Shown here in pieces: positions 14,271-17,181 of a stretch of 17,181 nt of DNA. A program made the position numbers and the translations under genes. Within the stretch, counting starts at the first letter, position 1. The number at the start of each line of letters is the position of its first letter. The stretch is from the NCBI GenBank assembly GCA_029548865.1, contig JAKPMO010000006.1, positions 1-17,181 on the forward strand. Direction: 5' to 3'. This DNA comes from Caldisericota bacterium (lineage in GTDB: Bacteria > Caldisericota > Caldisericia > JAAYUI01). The notes under the pieces were generated by a model. It was given only the letters and a program-made list of their open reading frames with translations, was not told the DNA's origin and did no database searches.

Positions 14271-15419
14271 ATGGAATTTGTAACCGGGTTAAAAGGCATT
14301 TTCGACACATCGGGACTCCCCCTTTTCCTTCCAAGCTGGGGAAACTGGATAATGATCGTGGTTGGACTCATCCTTATCGTCCTGGCCGTAAAATTCAAGT
14401 TTGAACCACTCCTTCTCATTCCAATATCCCTTGGTTGCATACTGGTCAACATTCCTCTACCAAAAGAACTTGCCTCTGCGTGGATAGGTCAGCCCGGTGT
14501 CGGTTTTCTAAGCATTATCTATGATGCCATAACAAAAACTGAGATAACACCAATAATAATGTTCCTGTGCCTGGGAGCACTGACGGACTTTAGCCCACTC
14601 CTTGAGCGTCCGATAACATTTCTTCTTGGCGCCGCGGCACAATTTGGTGTTTTTGTAGCCATATTCCTTGCTCTTACCCTCGGCTTTAACATCAAGGAAG
14701 CAGCTGCCATTGGAATCATTGGTGGAGCCGATGGCCCGACCGCAATTTTCATCGCGCAGAAAATGGCACCCCAGATTCTCGGTGCGATAGCAGTATCGGC
14801 TTATTCCTACATGTCACTGGTTCCCATAATATTGCCTCCTGTCATCAGGTGTATGACTACCAAAAAAGAACGTACAACACGTATGGAACTAGCAAAACCA
14901 GTCTCGAAAACAACCAAGATGCTGTTCCCAATTGTCGTCACACTCGTTGTTGGAATCCTTCTCCCATCGTCTGTACAGCTCATCGGAATGCTCATGGCCG
15001 GCAATTTCATAAAGGAATGCGGGCTTGTCGAAAGGCTTTCAAATACCCTGCAGAACGAGCTTGTAAATATCAACACAGTATTTCTTGGACTGACTGTTGG
15101 CTCCACAATGGCCGCCCAGCAATTCCTCACCCCGGCGACCCTAAAAATCATCCTTCTCGGCTTCCTCGCCTTTGCCTTCTCGGCTGCAGGCGGAGTTGCC
15201 CTTGGAAAACTGATGTACCTGCTTTCTGGCGGCAAGATCAACCCAATGATCGGCGCGGCAGGTGTTTCAGCCGTCCCGATGAGCGCAAGAACTGTTCAAA
15301 AAGAAGGCCAGAGGGAAGACCCAGGCAACTTCCTCCTCATGCCAGCGATGGGCCCAAACGTTGCCGGCGTCCTCGGAACAGCAGTTGCTGCAGCAGCTCT
15401 TATTGCACTTCTCTCCTAA
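14271..15419 (+). CDS. mmdB: Na+-translocating decarboxylase beta subunit (OadB/MmdB/GcdB family)
   Basis: Motifs FEPLLLIPI, GALTDF.PL, GAAAQFG, IGIIGGADGPT, AYSYMSLVP, NP.IGAAGVSAVPM.AR and AMGPNVAG. Confidence 0.95.
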   Translation: MEFVTGLKGIFDTSGLPLFLPSWGNWIMIVVGLILIVLAVKFKFEPLLLIPISLGCILVNIPLPKELASAWIGQPGVGFLSIIYDAITKTEITPIIMFLCLGALTDFSPLLERPITFLLGAAAQFGVFVAIFLALTLGFNIKEAAAIGIIGGADGPTAIFIAQKMAPQILGAIAVSAYSYMSLVPIILPPVIRCMTTKKERTTRMELAKPVSKTTKMLFPIVVTLVVGILLPSSVQLIGMLMAGNFIKECGLVERLSNTLQNELVNINTVFLGLTVGSTMAAQQFLTPATLKIILLGFLAFAFSAAGGVALGKLMYLLSGGKINPMIGAAGVSAVPMSARTVQKEGQREDPGNFLLMPAMGPNVAGVLGTAVAAAALIALLS

Positions 15420-15442
15420 GCGACAACCCAAATATAACTTTC

Positions 15443-15476
15443 AAAAGGCCTGCATGATTGCAGGCCTTTTTTGTTT
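15443..15476 (+). terminator. Intrinsic terminator of the decarboxylase operon
   Basis: Perfect 12-bp stem AAAAGGCCTGCA / TGCAGGCCTTTT, loop TGAT, followed by TTGTTT. Confidence 0.9.
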
Positions 15477-15501
15477 GCCTTTGCCAACAATGCACCTTTA
15501 A

Positions 15502-15530
15502 CTGAGATTTTGAAATTATGTTGCTATGTT
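15502..15530 (+). promoter_or_regulatory. Putative extended -10 promoter CTGAGA-N17-TATGTT with TG (near-leaderless)
   Basis: TG-C-TATGTT at 15522-15530 ends 8 nt before ATG 15539, with no SD. Confidence 0.4.
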
Positions 15531-15538
15531 GTATCCGT

Positions 15539-16339
15539 ATGAAAAAGCCAACTTTGACCCAGACAATGAGATATGTGACCCAGTGGGGAATGCTCCTTTA
15601 CCTTGCCAGCATATCAACGACCCACATGTACAGATGGCCCGGCACCTCTGCAGGTCCCCTTGATGCCTACTGCCCGATGGGTGGCCTTGAAACACTGCTC
15701 CCATTTGTAACATCAGGCCAGATAGTCAGGGGAACCAATTTCAACGCCATCCTCCTGCTTGGTGCCCTAACCATACTTGTTCTCATCTTCTCCGGTGGTT
15801 TTTGTGGCTACATGTGCCCGTTTGGCACCGTGCTTGAATGGGTCTACAAAATAAGAAAACTGTTCTGGAAAAAAACTGTAAGAGTACCAAACAAGCTCAG
15901 CTCTGCCCTGTCTCATGCCAGATACGGAGTCCTCATCCTCATCGTACTAATCACCTTTGCAATTGACACAGAGCTCCATTTCGCCCACATCGATCCCTAT
16001 AGGGCATTTTTCCATTTTGGCCGTGAGATGACCACAGAGCTGTGGGTTGTACTTGGCGTTGTTTTTGGCCTGTCAATCGTCCTTGAGAGGGGTTTTTGCG
16101 CTTACCTCTGCCCACTTGGCGGATATGTTGGCCTGGTTTCACTGGCCGGGTTCACAAAAATCAAAAACAATGGCGAAAAATGCATTGATTGCAAGCTGTG
16201 CGACAGGGCATGCCCGGTAAACCTCACGCCATCGGGAAAACTAGAACACCACAGGTGCATAATGTGCTTCAGATGTGTGGATGCCTGCGTTGGCACAAAA
16301 AGCCTTCGCGTGTCGCTTGCCGACAAGGAATGGAGATAA
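15539..16339 (+). CDS. Membrane 4Fe-4S binding protein (NapH/MauN/YccM-like)
   Basis: AYCPMGGLE, two CxxxCP motifs (FCGYMCPFG, FCAYLCPLG), ferredoxin motifs CIDCKLCDRACP and CIMCFRCVDAC, and several TM helices. ATG 15518 is an alternative start. Confidence 0.88.
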   Translation: MKKPTLTQTMRYVTQWGMLLYLASISTTHMYRWPGTSAGPLDAYCPMGGLETLLPFVTSGQIVRGTNFNAILLLGALTILVLIFSGGFCGYMCPFGTVLEWVYKIRKLFWKKTVRVPNKLSSALSHARYGVLILIVLITFAIDTELHFAHIDPYRAFFHFGREMTTELWVVLGVVFGLSIVLERGFCAYLCPLGGYVGLVSLAGFTKIKNNGEKCIDCKLCDRACPVNLTPSGKLEHHRCIMCFRCVDACVGTKSLRVSLADKEWR

Positions 16340-16373
16340 TTATTAATCGAAGATTTTCGCAAAATACCAGGGA

Positions 16374-16402
16374 TTGGAAAAGGTGGGGAAGGAATATATC
16401 AT
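16374..16402 (+). promoter_or_regulatory. Putative sigma70 promoter TTGGAA-N17-TATCAT
   Basis: Correct 17-nt spacing, located 32 nt upstream of ATG 16435. Confidence 0.45.
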
Positions 16403-16434
16403 ATTTGGAGGAATGCAAGGAACGGGGGGCTTAA

Positions 16435-17181
16435 ATGAATAAAAAAGCACGGATCATAATTGAGACAGTGGCCGTGGTATTGGCGCTCATCGTATTGGTA
16501 TTTTTTGCCACATTCAACTTCGATCTCTTCGCCATTAATACCTTTGGAAAGAAATCTGACATGACCTTCATCATCAATCGAACCAGCCACCTTGGGAATA
16601 CTAGTACAGAAAAAGAAATCAAGGAAATCTATAAACGAAATTATCCATATTATTTTTACAACAACAAAATCTCAAAACTCAAAATAGAAGATGATGGTTA
16701 TATAACTAAAGAACTTCTGGATGCCATCACAAACGAAAATAATTACCTTGAATTTCCAGGTGAAGTAATATCACAATTAGGTCATTATTTCCTGGTCAAA
16801 AAAGATGATGGTAATTATATTTATGAGATAGACGAGCAAGACTATAAAACTACTATTTCAAAATATGTAAAAACTCCCTGCAACCGTTTGGTGTGCATTA
16901 ATGATTATTTGTGTTGTGCAACACCAAATAATGACATGATTTACATGTATCCAGGGTTGGATCTGAGAAGCACTCCAAAGATACTGAATTTTAAAAAACC
17001 TTCGTTCATCTCAGGGCCTGAAGAACAATCCATTAGCTATGAACTGTACGTCTTCGATGGCCAATTCCTCACCCACTACAATGATGATGGCTCTGTTGAT
17101 GGGAAAGTCGAACTGGGCAATATTCCCATTAATGACAAAATGCTGGTATTTGGATCATTCTCTATCTGTTATTCCAATGAA
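16435..17181 (+). CDS. Hypothetical membrane-anchored/secreted protein, 3'-truncated by the window edge
   Basis: 249 stop-free codons from ATG 16435 (MNKKARIIIETVAVVLALIVLVFFATF...), with a G-rich SD-like GGGGGG upstream and an N-terminal TM/signal. Absent from the track because no stop falls within the window. Confidence 0.8.
   Translation, partial: MNKKARIIIETVAVVLALIVLVFFATFNFDLFAINTFGKKSDMTFIINRTSHLGNTSTEKEIKEIYKRNYPYYFYNNKISKLKIEDDGYITKELLDAITNENNYLEFPGEVISQLGHYFLVKKDDGNYIYEIDEQDYKTTISKYVKTPCNRLVCINDYLCCATPNNDMIYMYPGLDLRSTPKILNFKKPSFISGPEEQSISYELYVFDGQFLTHYNDDGSVDGKVELGNIPINDKMLVFGSFSICYSNE

Noticed and set aside
14849..15457. 202-aa plus-strand alternative-frame ORF
   Set aside because: Out-of-frame overlap with mmdB, has Arg/Pro/Cys-rich non-protein-like composition and runs into the terminator.
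16413..16442. 9-codon upstream ORF MQGTGGLNE after GGAGG
   Set aside because: SD-to-ATG spacing is only 1 nt and there is no attenuator-like codon bias.
1..17181. CRISPR array, tRNA/rRNA, IS/integrase, reverse transcriptase or known defence system
   Set aside because: No regularly spaced repeats, RNA gene signatures or such protein motifs were seen by eye.

Overview
Gene-dense bacterial chromosomal window of moderate GC. The beta-propeller plus 'stalk' (copper-amine-oxidase N-terminal-like) surface protein suggests a Caldisericota-like anaerobe, which is inference only. The left half holds secreted/envelope genes (propeller-stalk protein, Ig-like protein, OB-repeat protein, chagasin-family lipoprotein), a YghO/bacterial-ceramide-synthase-like double GNAT, a DUF4342 plus toast-rack pair and a compact GH106-like glycosidase. 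The middle holds a 55-aa membrane microprotein missing from the ORF track, with its own consensus promoter and terminator, two small envelope genes, and a membrane protein plus SPL-like radical SAM operon in which the radical SAM gene has no ATG/GTG/TTG upstream of its CxxxCxxC motif. The right half holds a Na+-translocating acyl-CoA (methylmalonyl-CoA-type) decarboxylase operon (alpha-delta-gamma-beta) with terminator, a NapH/MauN-type 4Fe-4S membrane protein and a partial membrane-anchored protein. I saw no RNA genes, CRISPR arrays, transposases or integrases, and no clear-cut novel multi-gene system. The most notable signals are the ATC start (one base from an ATGA overlap), the microprotein, a recurring leaderless promoter architecture and the bCerS-like GNAT.
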